Part shown: in pieces, positions 10,924 to 20,533 of the stretch | How the letters are laid out: each line of letters opens with the position of its first letter | Numbering within the stretch: position 1 is the stretch's first letter | IMG/VR virus record: IMGVR_UViG_3300029288_000067 | Coordinates: 32,001 to 96,000 of that record | Source: a virus | Lineage: Duplodnaviria; Caudoviricetes | Reading direction: 5' to 3' (one strand) | DNA: 64,000 nucleotides | Made by a program: the position numbers and the translations under genes | The notes under the pieces: generated by a model | The model's database searches: none | What the model saw: only the letters and a program-made list of their open reading frames with translations | Told to the model about the DNA's origin: nothing

Positions 10924-11032
10924 AAAACAAAGAGCCTGCAACGTCACGATTACCGTCTTCCAACGGGCATCAGATTCAACCTTTCGGTATCAGTCTACGT
11001 GATCCCAGAATAGCATGGCAGGCTCTTGTTTT
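10924..11032 (-). ncRNA. candidate structured ncRNA downstream of tRNA-Arg pair
   Basis: 10-bp closing stem AAGAGCCTGC/GCAGGCTCTT enclosing TCACG/CGTGA, CC-GAAA-GG and CCGT/ACGG helices. Confidence 0.45.
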
Positions 11033-11045
11033 TCAAATTGCAGAG

Positions 11046-11117
11046 TAGCGGTAAGAGGAATTGAACCCCTATAGCTGGTTTCGAAGACCAGTTCTCTATC
11101 CGTTGAGATATACCGCT
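11046..11117 (-). tRNA. tRNA-Arg(UCG)
   Basis: cloverleaf; anticodon arm CTGGT-CT-TCG-AA-ACCAG; no CCA. Confidence 0.9.
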
Positions 11118-11125
11118 ATATTCAT

Positions 11126-11197
11126 TGTGCCTAGCAGGAATTGAACCCACATCAGAGGATTAGAAGCCCTCTGCTCTATCCGTTGAGCTATAGGCAC
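11126..11197 (-). tRNA. tRNA-Arg(UCU)
   Basis: cloverleaf; GAGGG-CT-TCT-AA-TCCTC; no CCA. Confidence 0.9.
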
Positions 11198-11208
11198 ATA
11201 ACCTCTGT

Positions 11209-11237
11209 ATATTATCAGATACCCTTGACCATGTCAA
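11209..11237 (-). promoter_or_regulatory. promoter TTGACA-N17-TAATAT for tRNA-Arg pair
   Basis: perfect -35, 17-nt spacer, just upstream of tRNA. Confidence 0.8.
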
Positions 11238-11573
11238 CAAATTCGCATTTGTCTTTTGTAAGACAAATGGATAGTGAGATATATTCCAGTGGAATACTCG
11301 GTTTTATGTTGGCGGATATTAACATTCTCGTTAAATCTTCAAAATAAATGACGGCATGGTAGCAATCCACATATTCCCCAGCATCCATGTCATATTTCTC
11401 GGTCTCGATTTTAAAAGGAAAAACATCGTGATACCACTTGGGTGTTAAGTCAAATGTTTTGAAAATTCCCGGAAGAAATTGATGTAACTTTTGATATACT
11501 TTCGCCAATTTTCTCTTTTTAATATCCGGATACAAAACTCTCCACGAGGCTCTTTCACAAGATGAAATAAAAT

Positions 11574-12320
11574 TCATAAATTACCCTTCTCTTGTTCTAC
11601 TTGGGAGATCCATTTTACAGCACGTTCACATTTTTTGGGGTCAATTTCAATTCCGTAAAAATTTCGATTAAGATTTATTGCTGCAACTCCTGTGGATCCG
11701 CTTCCCATTGCAAAATCTAAGACAGAATCCCCTTCTTCGGTGTAAGTCTTTATCAAGTATTCCAACAAAGCAATTGGTTTTTGTGTTGAATGTTGGTTGT
11801 TTTTCTGTTTGTCCGTTTTAAAAGTAATAACACTACGAGGGTACCTTTCAGTAGAATTATAGGATGTTACCCCCTTCTGTGTCCCGTACAATTCGGAGGA
11901 GTTAATGCTTCGGTCATTCTTTGCCGTTTTTCTTGGGTGACCTTGTGTTTTCTGAGGGAAATATTTGGGCTGTTTCTTGTAAAAGACACAGATAACCTCA
12001 TGGGCAGAAAGGGGTCTCTTCTTAGCATTTAAATGCCCTTTTGCCTCGGTCTTTTCATAAATCCAATCATACCGGTAATCCCTCCAATTACTGAGACGAA
12101 GGGAACTGGCAAAGGGTTCCACCCCGAAAATACAACATGCACCGGAAGGTTTCAATATTCGATTCAATTCATCCCACATAGGCTTGAAGGGTATCACTTC
12201 ATCCCAAGGGGCATTTGTTATTCCGAAAGGCGGGTCACAAAGAATAAAATCGATGTGATTACTGGGGATACATGCCAAGATTTTTAAACAATCCCCGCAA
12301 GATAAAGAGGCTCTGCTCAT
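11574..12320 (-). CDS. orphan beta-class N6-adenine/N4-cytosine DNA methyltransferase
   Basis: DPPF near N-terminus, HSTQKP, DFAMGSGSTG near C-terminus. Confidence 0.9.
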   Translation of the reverse strand: MSRASLSCGDCLKILACIPSNHIDFILCDPPFGITNAPWDEVIPFKPMWDELNRILKPSGACCIFGVEPFASSLRLSNWRDYRYDWIYEKTEAKGHLNAKKRPLSAHEVICVFYKKQPKYFPQKTQGHPRKTAKNDRSINSSELYGTQKGVTSYNSTERYPRSVITFKTDKQKNNQHSTQKPIALLEYLIKTYTEEGDSVLDFAMGSGSTGVAAINLNRNFYGIEIDPKKCERAVKWISQVEQEKGNL

Positions 12321-12523
12321 TTTATTTCCAGTTTGTCCAAGGCTTCTTTAAGAGCTTTCCCGGAAACAAAAGAGCATTTATTGCAAACGAAAAGGATATC
12401 CCCATTAGGTTGTTCCTCTTCCTTGATTATCCCCCCGCAGAAACAAATTTCATCGTCTTCATCATATACAACTGAAATCTCGATTCCATATCTTTCCATA
12501 TTATTCCTTTCCGGTATAGAAAA

Positions 12524-12596
12524 AGCTACCCGGGGGACTCGAACCCCCAACCTGTTGATTACAAATCAACTGCTCTACCAGTTGAGCTAGGGTAGC
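12524..12596 (-). tRNA. tRNA-Thr(UGU)
   Basis: GTTGA-TT-TGT-AA-TCAAC; T-loop TTCGAGT; no CCA. Confidence 0.92.
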
Positions 12597-12629
12597 ATTC
12601 TTCCATCCTACAACAAAGCTTGCATTATT

Positions 12630-12953
12630 TCAAGTAGTTTTTAAAAACTCTACCTTGTCTGCGACGACATAGGAGATTTTAAGAATTTGCCCACTTACTT
12701 CTTTTTCCCAGACCTGCAAATGTCCTTCCACAAGCACAGGGGATCCCTTCTTCAACATCTTTTTACAGACATCCCCTTGTGTTCCAAAAACAGATACTGG
12801 GAAAAAGGAAGCTCTGTTCGTATCCTGCCCTTTGTTCGGTCCCTTGTCCACAGCCAATTCGAGGGAAACAAAATTTGTTCCACCATTTGTACTTTTTGTC
12901 TCGGGATCTTTTGCAAGATTCCCCAACAGATATACTTTATTCAATGTTGCCAC
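12630..12953 (-). CDS. ssb: single-stranded DNA-binding protein (OB fold only, no acidic tail)
   Basis: LNKVYLLGNLAKDPE...LKKGSPVLVEGHL. Confidence 0.85.
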   Translation of the reverse strand: MATLNKVYLLGNLAKDPETKSTNGGTNFVSLELAVDKGPNKGQDTNRASFFPVSVFGTQGDVCKKMLKKGSPVLVEGHLQVWEKEVSGQILKISYVVADKVEFLKTT

Positions 12954-12954
12954 G

Positions 12955-14262
12955 TCACGACTCCTTTTTCAAAATAGGGTGCTTCTGGATTACTTTCGAG
13001 AGAGCCCATAGATCAGCAATCCCAAAGGAGGTCTGCAAATCTTTTACGAAGGCTTCAAAAATTAAATATTCCTCGGTGGTTGTTTTTCGAAGTTCTTCAC
13101 ACTCTTTTGTTTTTTGATTCAATACCTTTGACATATTGAGGAGGTCCACTTGAAATTGTCTATTTGCGCTCCGGAGTTGTTCATTTTCAACATTAAAACG
13201 ATTTCGGATTGAGGTATTTTCACACCTAAAATTATCTCGTTCACGGGTCATTTCTTGTAGGTTTTCATCCTGTTTGATGGCAGAAGCGAGAGCCTTATTG
13301 TAGTCTTTCTGTAATGCATTAATTTTTTTTCTCATCTCTGAAAGCTGCAATGCATGGTCCTTGTGTAGTTCCTGCACCTTTTCTTGGAGACGAGTTGCCT
13401 CTTGCATAGCATCCGCACTTGTCCTTGGGAGATTTACATCCTTCTGTGGAAGAATGGGCTGTACCGGTAGTTTCTCTGCCTGTGTTGGATTACTGCCAGG
13501 ATATTTACGAGCATCATGTTCCACAAGATATTTGTTCCACAATACAGACCATTTCATGCTCCCCGACAAAGGATAACCCCAGTTTGTGGCAACATAATGA
13601 ATAAAGCAACAAATCATTTCCGCAGATTTTTCATTTTGTGGGCGAATAAAGTTCTTAACATCCCGCTTTAATGTCTGTAAGACATGCCGATAGACCCCCA
13701 CATTAATTCCATGTTTCGTAAGAATATTGCAGAGATTTTCAACTCTTGTCCTTTTTTGCAGAGGCTTCAACATATCTGCTGTGATAGCAAGACTACTATC
13801 TTCTGCAATAAACTTCCTCCACAGACTCATAGAGTTTTTATCTTTTGCGGCAATTCCCGGAAATTTATGATTTCGCCAAACAATAAATCGTGCCAATCTT
13901 TCCCAGTCCTGTGGGGTTCTTGTTCGAGGAATTAAACGATCTGCCGTTTGTGCCAAAGTAGTTGGGAATAAATTGTATTGAGTCGCAATTCTCTTAATAA
14001 CGTTCATATTCGCCCCCGTATTTTTTTCGTATGCTTCAGCAACAATTGCCAGTTTGTTTGAGGGGAATAAGGCATTCGGGACTTCTTTTTGATATTGTTC
14101 AATAAGTTCCCGGGCACTCCTCCCCTTCATATTGGGGTCCTTGTCCAGAGTCCATTGAACAAATTGTTTAAAAAACCCAATGGTTTGCTTTGTGAGTTTG
14201 ACTCCCGGAAAAACAATTTTTTTCAAAGAATCATAACGACTTTTGAAACTTGTCTTATGCAT
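12955..14262 (-). CDS. hypothetical protein with C-terminal coiled coil
   Basis: 435-aa ORF. Confidence 0.6.
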   Translation of the reverse strand: MHKTSFKSRYDSLKKIVFPGVKLTKQTIGFFKQFVQWTLDKDPNMKGRSARELIEQYQKEVPNALFPSNKLAIVAEAYEKNTGANMNVIKRIATQYNLFPTTLAQTADRLIPRTRTPQDWERLARFIVWRNHKFPGIAAKDKNSMSLWRKFIAEDSSLAITADMLKPLQKRTRVENLCNILTKHGINVGVYRHVLQTLKRDVKNFIRPQNEKSAEMICCFIHYVATNWGYPLSGSMKWSVLWNKYLVEHDARKYPGSNPTQAEKLPVQPILPQKDVNLPRTSADAMQEATRLQEKVQELHKDHALQLSEMRKKINALQKDYNKALASAIKQDENLQEMTRERDNFRCENTSIRNRFNVENEQLRSANRQFQVDLLNMSKVLNQKTKECEELRKTTTEEYLIFEAFVKDLQTSFGIADLWALSKVIQKHPILKKES

Positions 14263-14293
14263 GTTTCCATCCTTCTATATGTGTTGTGGACAA

Positions 14294-14366
14294 TAGCGGG
14301 TATTGGATTTGAACCAATGATCTTTCGGGTATGAACCGACTGCTCTACCAACTGAGCTAACCCGCC
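14294..14366 (-). tRNA. tRNA-Met(CAU), probably elongator
   Basis: GGCGGGTTAGCTCAG...loop TT-CAT-AC; no CCA. Confidence 0.85.
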
Positions 14367-14775
14367 AGCGTTTACATAGAATATCAACTTTTTTGTTCTT
14401 TGTCAACACTTTCCTTGGCATTTAAGACCAATTTGAAGATATCTCGCTGTATTGTTATGTAAAGATCTCGCAGCGTTTTTTCTTTTTCCAGTCTTTCGGT
14501 GTGTTGTTTTCTGAATTCCTCTGCTTTTTCCGGAGGCATATCCTGTATTACGATCTCCAACAATTCTTTGGCTACTGTTACTTGTTGTTCATAGGTTTGT
14601 AGAAAATTTTCTTTTTCTTTTTCTGGGTTTGGGCTTCGTAAAAATTCCCGGACAAGCAAATAAGAAATTGCTTGTGTTTCAAAACTATCTCTAACCTTCT
14701 CAAAAAGGATGGTGTCCTTATCTTCTTTATCCAATTCAAACAAATCTTTCATTTCTATCTTCTCCTGTCTGTAAT

Positions 14776-15129
14776 TTACCACCAAAGGCCCAACCAATTA
14801 TCCCCCAACTTTTTGAGCCCCTTCTTCACTTTCTTTACTTTTTCTTCAACCATAACCTCATCGTTTGCAATCAACTCCAAAGCAACAATGATATCTTTTA
14901 CATCTTTGATATGTTCTTTATTTTCCCCTTGAAAAGTTACAATCCTAAGATACTCCTTTACCCGGGGTAAAGCAAACCGTGCAAGGGTTGTTCGTAAATC
15001 CCATGTCTCGGACTCATCAAACCCCCTCTCCAAGCGTTCCTTCTTGAACCTATCTGCCCGGTCATCCTTCGGGTTGAAGATTGAAAAATTAACATTGGGG
15101 ATACCATAAGGATCAATTCTTTTTTTCAT
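14776..15129 (-). CDS. hypothetical protein, RGF..ETW.L...LWW family
   Basis: apparent paralog of 32613-33080. Confidence 0.6.
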   Translation of the reverse strand: MKKRIDPYGIPNVNFSIFNPKDDRADRFKKERLERGFDESETWDLRTTLARFALPRVKEYLRIVTFQGENKEHIKDVKDIIVALELIANDEVMVEEKVKKVKKGLKKLGDNWLGLWW

Positions 15130-16217
15130 CTATCTTCTCCGCTTGATTTTCCAACCACAATTCATTTTGTAGTAATTTTGACAACAGATTAATTTCTATC
15201 CCGGATTCATTTATCTGACCCAACACAAATGCAGCGGTCATGTAATCCTTCTGATCAATTCTTCGGGCAATCTCATCAATGTTGGTTTTCATCTGAAGGG
15301 TTAAGGTAGAAAGACTTGTAATATGACCCATTATTCTATTCATAATCTATTCCCCAAACTTTTTCTTCAATCTTTGGTATGTTTTCTTTTCAAGTGCAAG
15401 ATTGTAATCCTTCTTCTTTTTCTCGGAGATTTCCATTTCTTTAACTTTTTTTGCAATGCTTTTATCGAGTTCTTTTTTCCATTCATGTTCGGGCATCCCC
15501 AACAACTTTGACGGAAAAGAGATATCAAGCATTAACTCACCATCAGATTTGTCTTCAAAAAAAACACTAACATGGTCTTCCGTGAAAGAATACAATAAAT
15601 TATTGTCGATGTAACTTCTTGAGTGATAAAGATAAGATAATTGTGCTTTTTCTCCTTCTTTCAGATAATACAAAACAATTGATTCTGCAATTGCTTTCAA
15701 TTCATTTTCAATCTTCTGTGCTTCTTGTAGTTTTTGGAGATACTCCACAATTTTTTGCATATTCGTCAATTTCCTCCTGTGTTATTTCAGCATAACTGTC
15801 TTGTCTTTTGAAATATTGAAGGTCGAAGCATTTCTTTGCACAACTACCCTCGTATTGAACTGGGTTACTGCATAGGGTATAAACCGAGATTCTTCCCCCG
15901 CAAAGAGGGCATCTAAGATTGAAGTGATTCAAGGGTAAACCTGCACAATTTTCAAATCCCCGGAATCCAAGAGTTGTTGAATGATTTGAGAAATATCTGC
16001 GGATGATAAATATTCTCGCTCTTTCCCCCGGCAGTATTGGAGTTCAAAAATAGAGGAAATATGATGGTGTAGTGCAGTTCTTGCATGTCCGGCCTTATTC
16101 CACTTCGATTTGCCTGAATAAAGCTTTAAAACATGCCCTTTCCTATCCTGTAACACCCAGATCTCAATTGGCTTAATTACCGGGAAACAAACCTGCAAAG
16201 AGTTCAGTACATCAGCT

Positions 16218-16808
16218 TTATTCATTCAAAAAAGGCTCCACTTTGCTGAAAAATTGTTTGAGTAGCATCAACTTCCCTGGAGTACTATCAAGAATAGTCT
16301 CTTTCTCGCTCACACGGAATGTATCCTGCAAATCAATTATTTGTGCTATTTTTTCCTCGGGGATATTTCGGAACTCTTTCAGCCGTTGCATTCTTACTTC
16401 CCGGGTGCAGAATACATAAATGATATTGTCACAGACTTCATCCAGCCCAAGAGTGTAGAGGAGGGGACATTCAATAAAGACAACATTTTCATTCTTCCCC
16501 AATTTCTTTGCTGCTTCAAGAACCCGGAGAGATCGGGAGACAAGCAGTGGGTTAATAAGCTTCATCAATTGGGATAGTTTCTCGGGGGATGCAAAAATAA
16601 TATCACTGACAGCCCTCCGGTCCACTTGCCCATTTTTCAAGGGAAGATGCCCGAGAACCTGTTGAAGGATCTCTCGCCCTCTTGGGGTGTTTATTACTCT
16701 GTGGTTTACCTTATCAACATCCATAACCACAAAGCCCATTTCTCGAATCATTTTTCCGAGAAAAGATTTCCCGGAAGCAATTTTACCGGCAATCCCAATT
16801 ATTTTCAT
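16218..16808 (-). CDS. coaE: dephospho-CoA kinase-like P-loop kinase
   Basis: IIGIAGKIASGKS, DVD, VDRR...IIF, ECPLL. Confidence 0.8.
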   Translation of the reverse strand: MKIIGIAGKIASGKSFLGKMIREMGFVVMDVDKVNHRVINTPRGREILQQVLGHLPLKNGQVDRRAVSDIIFASPEKLSQLMKLINPLLVSRSLRVLEAAKKLGKNENVVFIECPLLYTLGLDEVCDNIIYVFCTREVRMQRLKEFRNIPEEKIAQIIDLQDTFRVSEKETILDSTPGKLMLLKQFFSKVEPFLNE

Positions 16809-17803
16809 ACTGTTCCTATTTTATGGGTGCAGTTTAAAAAAGGACTCTGTGAGGTTATGTACAAGATCTTTCATTACATCGGCGGTAAAACAATTGTACC
16901 CAAGAGTGCTTTCAATTGTGTCTTGTATTTCTTTTGCAATAACCCCTCTTCGATCTCTTGTTGAGATAAATACCTGCAAGGCATTCGAGATTACATGGGC
17001 ATATGCATAATCTTCTCTTTTGAGAGCATCTTGAATTTGTTCACAAAGAATAATGGGATATGCCTTACTCTCATTACTCTCTTTTGGGGGTTTGACTTTT
17101 GGCATGGGGATATTAAGGATATTGGGGGAGACTCCAGGTAAACTTTTGGTATCCATTATTTACTTTCCTTCAAATTCTCTTTCAGCAATGCCCACCATGT
17201 ATTGGTTTCTGCACAAATCTCTTCTTGCCTTTTAAGCTCTGCAATTGCTTTTGAAAGTTCTTCTCGAACAGTGTCTTGTTTTTTTCCGATGAGCCGAATA
17301 ACAACGTCAAGGCATACTTTTTTCCACGGGGTTAATTTTGCAGGAACTTCCCAAGGGAGACTATTCCACTTCAACCCAATCTGGAGTTGATTCAATGCAA
17401 ACTCTTTCAGATTCGTATATTTATTGAAGCACCTCCAAGCTTTTACCTTTTGGATCATCTTCTCATATTTTTCTTTTGTCTTTTTGGTCTCTCTGTTATG
17501 CCGAATAACCGCCGCATATTGTTCTTCCCGCTCTTTTGCAAATTCCTCATAAAGAACTTTGATAGGTGTTGTTGTCAATCGTTTGAGTTCTTTTTGAAGA
17601 TCCAACACTTTTTTCTTAAAGTGTGTATCAACAAAAGCTTTCTTTAAATGGGCATTGTCCATACTCCGAGAACGAGGGTCAAAGGCAGTTGCCATTTCCA
17701 ACATCATCGTTTTGAAATCAAACTTCAAATTTTCGGGATCTACGAACATATTGTTCTTCTCCTGTATGTGGATATCTTGGAGGGATTTTACAAAAGTAAT
17801 GTA

Positions 17804-18205
17804 TCACTCCCCAGTCTTTTTGTCAAATTTATCTATCCGGGATATTAATTCTCGGGCTTCCTGTGAAGTCAACCCAAGAAATTCTTCTGTGTCTTTCGGG
17901 GGATTATCACAAGGATGGTCACAACAAAAGAGGGCATTTGTTGTGGGGTTTAAATACAATTTTTCTGCATGTTGTTGAAGACAGGCAAAAGCAACTGCGG
18001 CAACTTGTAAAACCTCGTGTATACCGGAGTCTCTTCCAATTTTATTTTTAAGCCAACCCAATTTGGCTTCCTTTATTTCTTCCTCCAAAACCAACAAAAA
18101 TCCTTCAAAGGGTTGATCTTTGTCTTCTAATGTCCCATATTTCTTTGTTTGATATTCTCGCTCTTGTTGAATTAATTCAATTACCTGTTGTTCGGAAAGC
18201 ATCAA
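17804..18205 (-). CDS. MazG-like all-alpha nucleotide pyrophosphohydrolase-like protein
   Basis: ER.YQ..KYG, EEEIKEA, EVLQVAAVA. Confidence 0.5.
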   Translation of the reverse strand: MMLSEQQVIELIQQEREYQTKKYGTLEDKDQPFEGFLLVLEEEIKEAKLGWLKNKIGRDSGIHEVLQVAAVAFACLQQHAEKLYLNPTTNALFCCDHPCDNPPKDTEEFLGLTSQEARELISRIDKFDKKTGE

Positions 18206-18953
18206 ATTCTCCTATTTACTTTGGGGAATACTCGGACATGCCAACACACTCTTTACATTTAAGGGTTAAAAAAATGTTCTGACTGAATGCACAATCCTCA
18301 CAACGTCTATATGTTCGAAATCCCACAGGTTCACATTTTATGGTCTCGTAGATTTGAGAACAAGTTGAGGGCTCATCGAAAGCAAGATGGGGTTCTCGAT
18401 GCTTGCACTTTTCACAAATACATCTTTTTGCCCGATTGCATACATACAAAATTCCAACAATTTCCTCGGGGGTTGGTAAAGGACTCATGATTTTTTCTCC
18501 AATCCTGGAATCAATTTGGAGGAAATCATACTGGAAACAGTTGTGTGTGTTGGGTTCTTTTCCGCGTATTCCTCGAAATATGTACTTGCTTTTTCGAGGG
18601 CACTTGTTGAATCTGTGGCCCACACCCAAATTTTTACGTATCGATATGCTTCATCAGAAAAAGCATAATCTTTTGCGGGGGGCATAGGGGATTCTCTTGT
18701 TACTGAAAGACCCTCCCTCACAAAGTCATAGTGAACACAGTAATATGTAAGTTTCGAATAGTCCTGTGTCACAGCATTTATTTTAACTTTCCACGTACGG
18801 GCTCGTGGGGTTATGTCTTGCAGTTGTTTGGCTTTTACAGGGTCATCAAGGATAACATCCACAAAATCAAGGTTGTTATCAGATTTGACATAAACAATGT
18901 AAGCATATTCAGGTTGTTTGTTTTTCATATATTCTCCTGTATTTATAAATAGG

Positions 18954-19065
18954 TGGGGGCGAGAGGGGTGACCTCTTTCTTTTCATATCCGTATATCAAG
19001 CAAGGGTCCGGAACACCTTACCATGAATCCGAAGATTATACGGACGGCAATTCTTTGCAACCCCC
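18954..19065 (-). ncRNA. candidate tRNA/tmRNA-like small RNA
   Basis: GGGGG/CCCCC-A-CC acceptor-like ends, AGAGG/CCTCT T-arm-like hairpin, internal TCCGTATA/TATACGGA helix. Confidence 0.45.
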
Positions 19066-19072
19066 GAAACAA

Positions 19073-19146
19073 AGCACCTGATGGGACTCGAACCCACAAA
19101 ATTCCACACTGGCAATGTGGTGATCTACCAATTGATCCACAGGTGC
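19073..19146 (-). tRNA. tRNA-Gly(GCC)
   Basis: CCACA-TT-GCC-AG-TGTGG; no CCA. Confidence 0.9.
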
Positions 19147-19201
19147 AAAAAGCAATGATTTATCGGCCCGAAACTCTTGTAAGAAATCACCGCTTTTTAA
19201 A

Positions 19202-19277
19202 TACACCCGAAAGGACTTGAACCTTCAACCTTTGCCTCCGCAGGGCAACGCTCTAAATCCAGTTGAGCTACGGGTGT
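19202..19277 (-). tRNA. tRNA-Arg(GCG)
   Basis: TTGCC-CT-GCG-GA-GGCAA; no CCA. Confidence 0.9.
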
Positions 19278-19292
19278 GTAACTTCTTTCTAT

Positions 19293-19321
19293 ATATTACC
19301 ATTACTCCTTTGTAATTTCAA
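19293..19321 (-). promoter_or_regulatory. promoter TTGAAA-N17-TAATAT upstream of tRNA-Arg(GCG)
   Basis: variant of the repeated promoter. Confidence 0.7.
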
Positions 19322-19327
19322 GCTAAA

Positions 19328-20122
19328 TTAAATTTCAGACCAATCTAAGTTAAAGTAGGGATCTTCTCGAAGCTCCTTGGGATCAAAATGATAATACATC
19401 ACCCATTTTCTCACAGCATTATCAGAAACCCCATACTGTTTTCCCATTTTCAAAAACACAAAATTGCAATTCTGGAAAGATTGAATTAGTTCGGGAATTT
19501 GAGGTCGCTTTTTGTCTTTAACGTGCATTTGATAACAGGGTAAACATAATTCATGTTTTGCGGCATTGCTTCTGGGCTCTCCACAGATGGAACAGGGTTT
19601 AATTTTGTTTTTTCCAACTCTCCTATAGATTTCGGAAAGTGGCAATGCTCCTTTATTGTGTTTTCCCGCAAAAGTTTCTAATTGAGAATTACAGTTGGGG
19701 CAAACAAAACGAAGATTTTCTATCCGATTGTCATTGGGAACACCATTGATGTGATCCAAAACAAGCACCAATTTTTTATCGTTATGTGAAGGCAGTTGAC
19801 CACATATGCTACATATTTCTGGAAGAAGATTCTTTTTTAAGATTCTGTTTTTTATCCCTTTTCGAGCATATGATGAATTTTCAACAAATACTTCAGAATC
19901 TGCTTTTAGAATCGCGCCCCCTCTTGGAAGGTTTTTACTTAATAGGATATGCTCAAACGAAATACCTTCTTTTTTTAACCTTGCTTGAAGGGTTTTATAG
20001 TTATTGCCTTTATTTTCCAATCCAAATTTAGCTAGGATCTCTTTGAAATACTTTGAGGTTTTCACCCAATCCTTCAACATTTCCGCAGGAACTTTCCAAA
20101 TTGTAGAAGTATATTTTCTCAT
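19328..20122 (-). CDS. free-standing HNH endonuclease
   Basis: CSICG...LDHINGVPNDNRIENLRFVCPNC; C-terminal HTH YGVSDNAVRKW. Confidence 0.9.
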   Translation of the reverse strand: MRKYTSTIWKVPAEMLKDWVKTSKYFKEILAKFGLENKGNNYKTLQARLKKEGISFEHILLSKNLPRGGAILKADSEVFVENSSYARKGIKNRILKKNLLPEICSICGQLPSHNDKKLVLVLDHINGVPNDNRIENLRFVCPNCNSQLETFAGKHNKGALPLSEIYRRVGKNKIKPCSICGEPRSNAAKHELCLPCYQMHVKDKKRPQIPELIQSFQNCNFVFLKMGKQYGVSDNAVRKWVMYYHFDPKELREDPYFNLDWSEI

Positions 20123-20179
20123 GTTGAACCTCCATTAGGGTTTAACATGAGAAATGTATTATCTTCTTAAAACAAGAAA

Positions 20180-20250
20180 TAGGCGCATTACGATTTGAAC
20201 GTAAATTCTGACATCCAAAGTGTCATGTCCTGCCGTTGAACGATGCGCCC
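20180..20250 (-). tRNA. tRNA-Gln(UUG)
   Basis: TGACA-CT-TTG-GA-TGTCA; no CCA. Confidence 0.85.
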
Positions 20251-20252
20251 AA

Positions 20253-20325
20253 AGCATCAAGCGGGGCTCGAACCCGCGACATCGACCTTGGAAGGGTCGC
20301 ACTCTACCAACTGAGCTATTGATGC
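20253..20325 (-). tRNA. tRNA-Gly(UCC)
   Basis: CGACC-CT-TCC-AA-GGTCG; no CCA. Confidence 0.92.
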
Positions 20326-20335
20326 TTAAAAACAG

Positions 20336-20408
20336 TCTGGGTAACAGGATTTGAACCTGTGGCCTTCTGGTCCCAAACCAGACGCTCCACCAACTGAGCT
20401 ATACCCAG
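20336..20408 (-). tRNA. tRNA-Pro(UGG)
   Basis: TCTGG-TT-TGG-GA-CCAGA; no CCA. Confidence 0.92.
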
Positions 20409-20413
20409 ATAAA

Positions 20414-20533
20414 AACTGTGACCCTGCTGTTTGCCCTTAAGTGGGCTGATTATACCGGCAGGGCTCGGGCTGGTTCCCCTATACCCGTGCGCCCATTTCT
20501 GGATTACGGGTGTTCCACCTTTGTCACCACAGC
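20414..20533 (-). ncRNA. candidate ~120-nt three-way-junction RNA just upstream of tRNA-Pro
   Basis: closing GCTGTG/CACAGT; arms ACCCGT/ACGGGT (inner CCA-GAAA-TGG) and CCCTGC/GCAGGG (inner GCCC/GGGC). Confidence 0.5.

Noticed and set aside
12500-12550. N-terminal part of ORF 12317-12550
   Set aside because: It overlaps tRNA-Thr; the real start is probably the ATG at 12499.
20414-20533. 5S rRNA gene
   Set aside because: It lacks the conserved loop C and loop E sequences; kept only as an unassigned ncRNA candidate.
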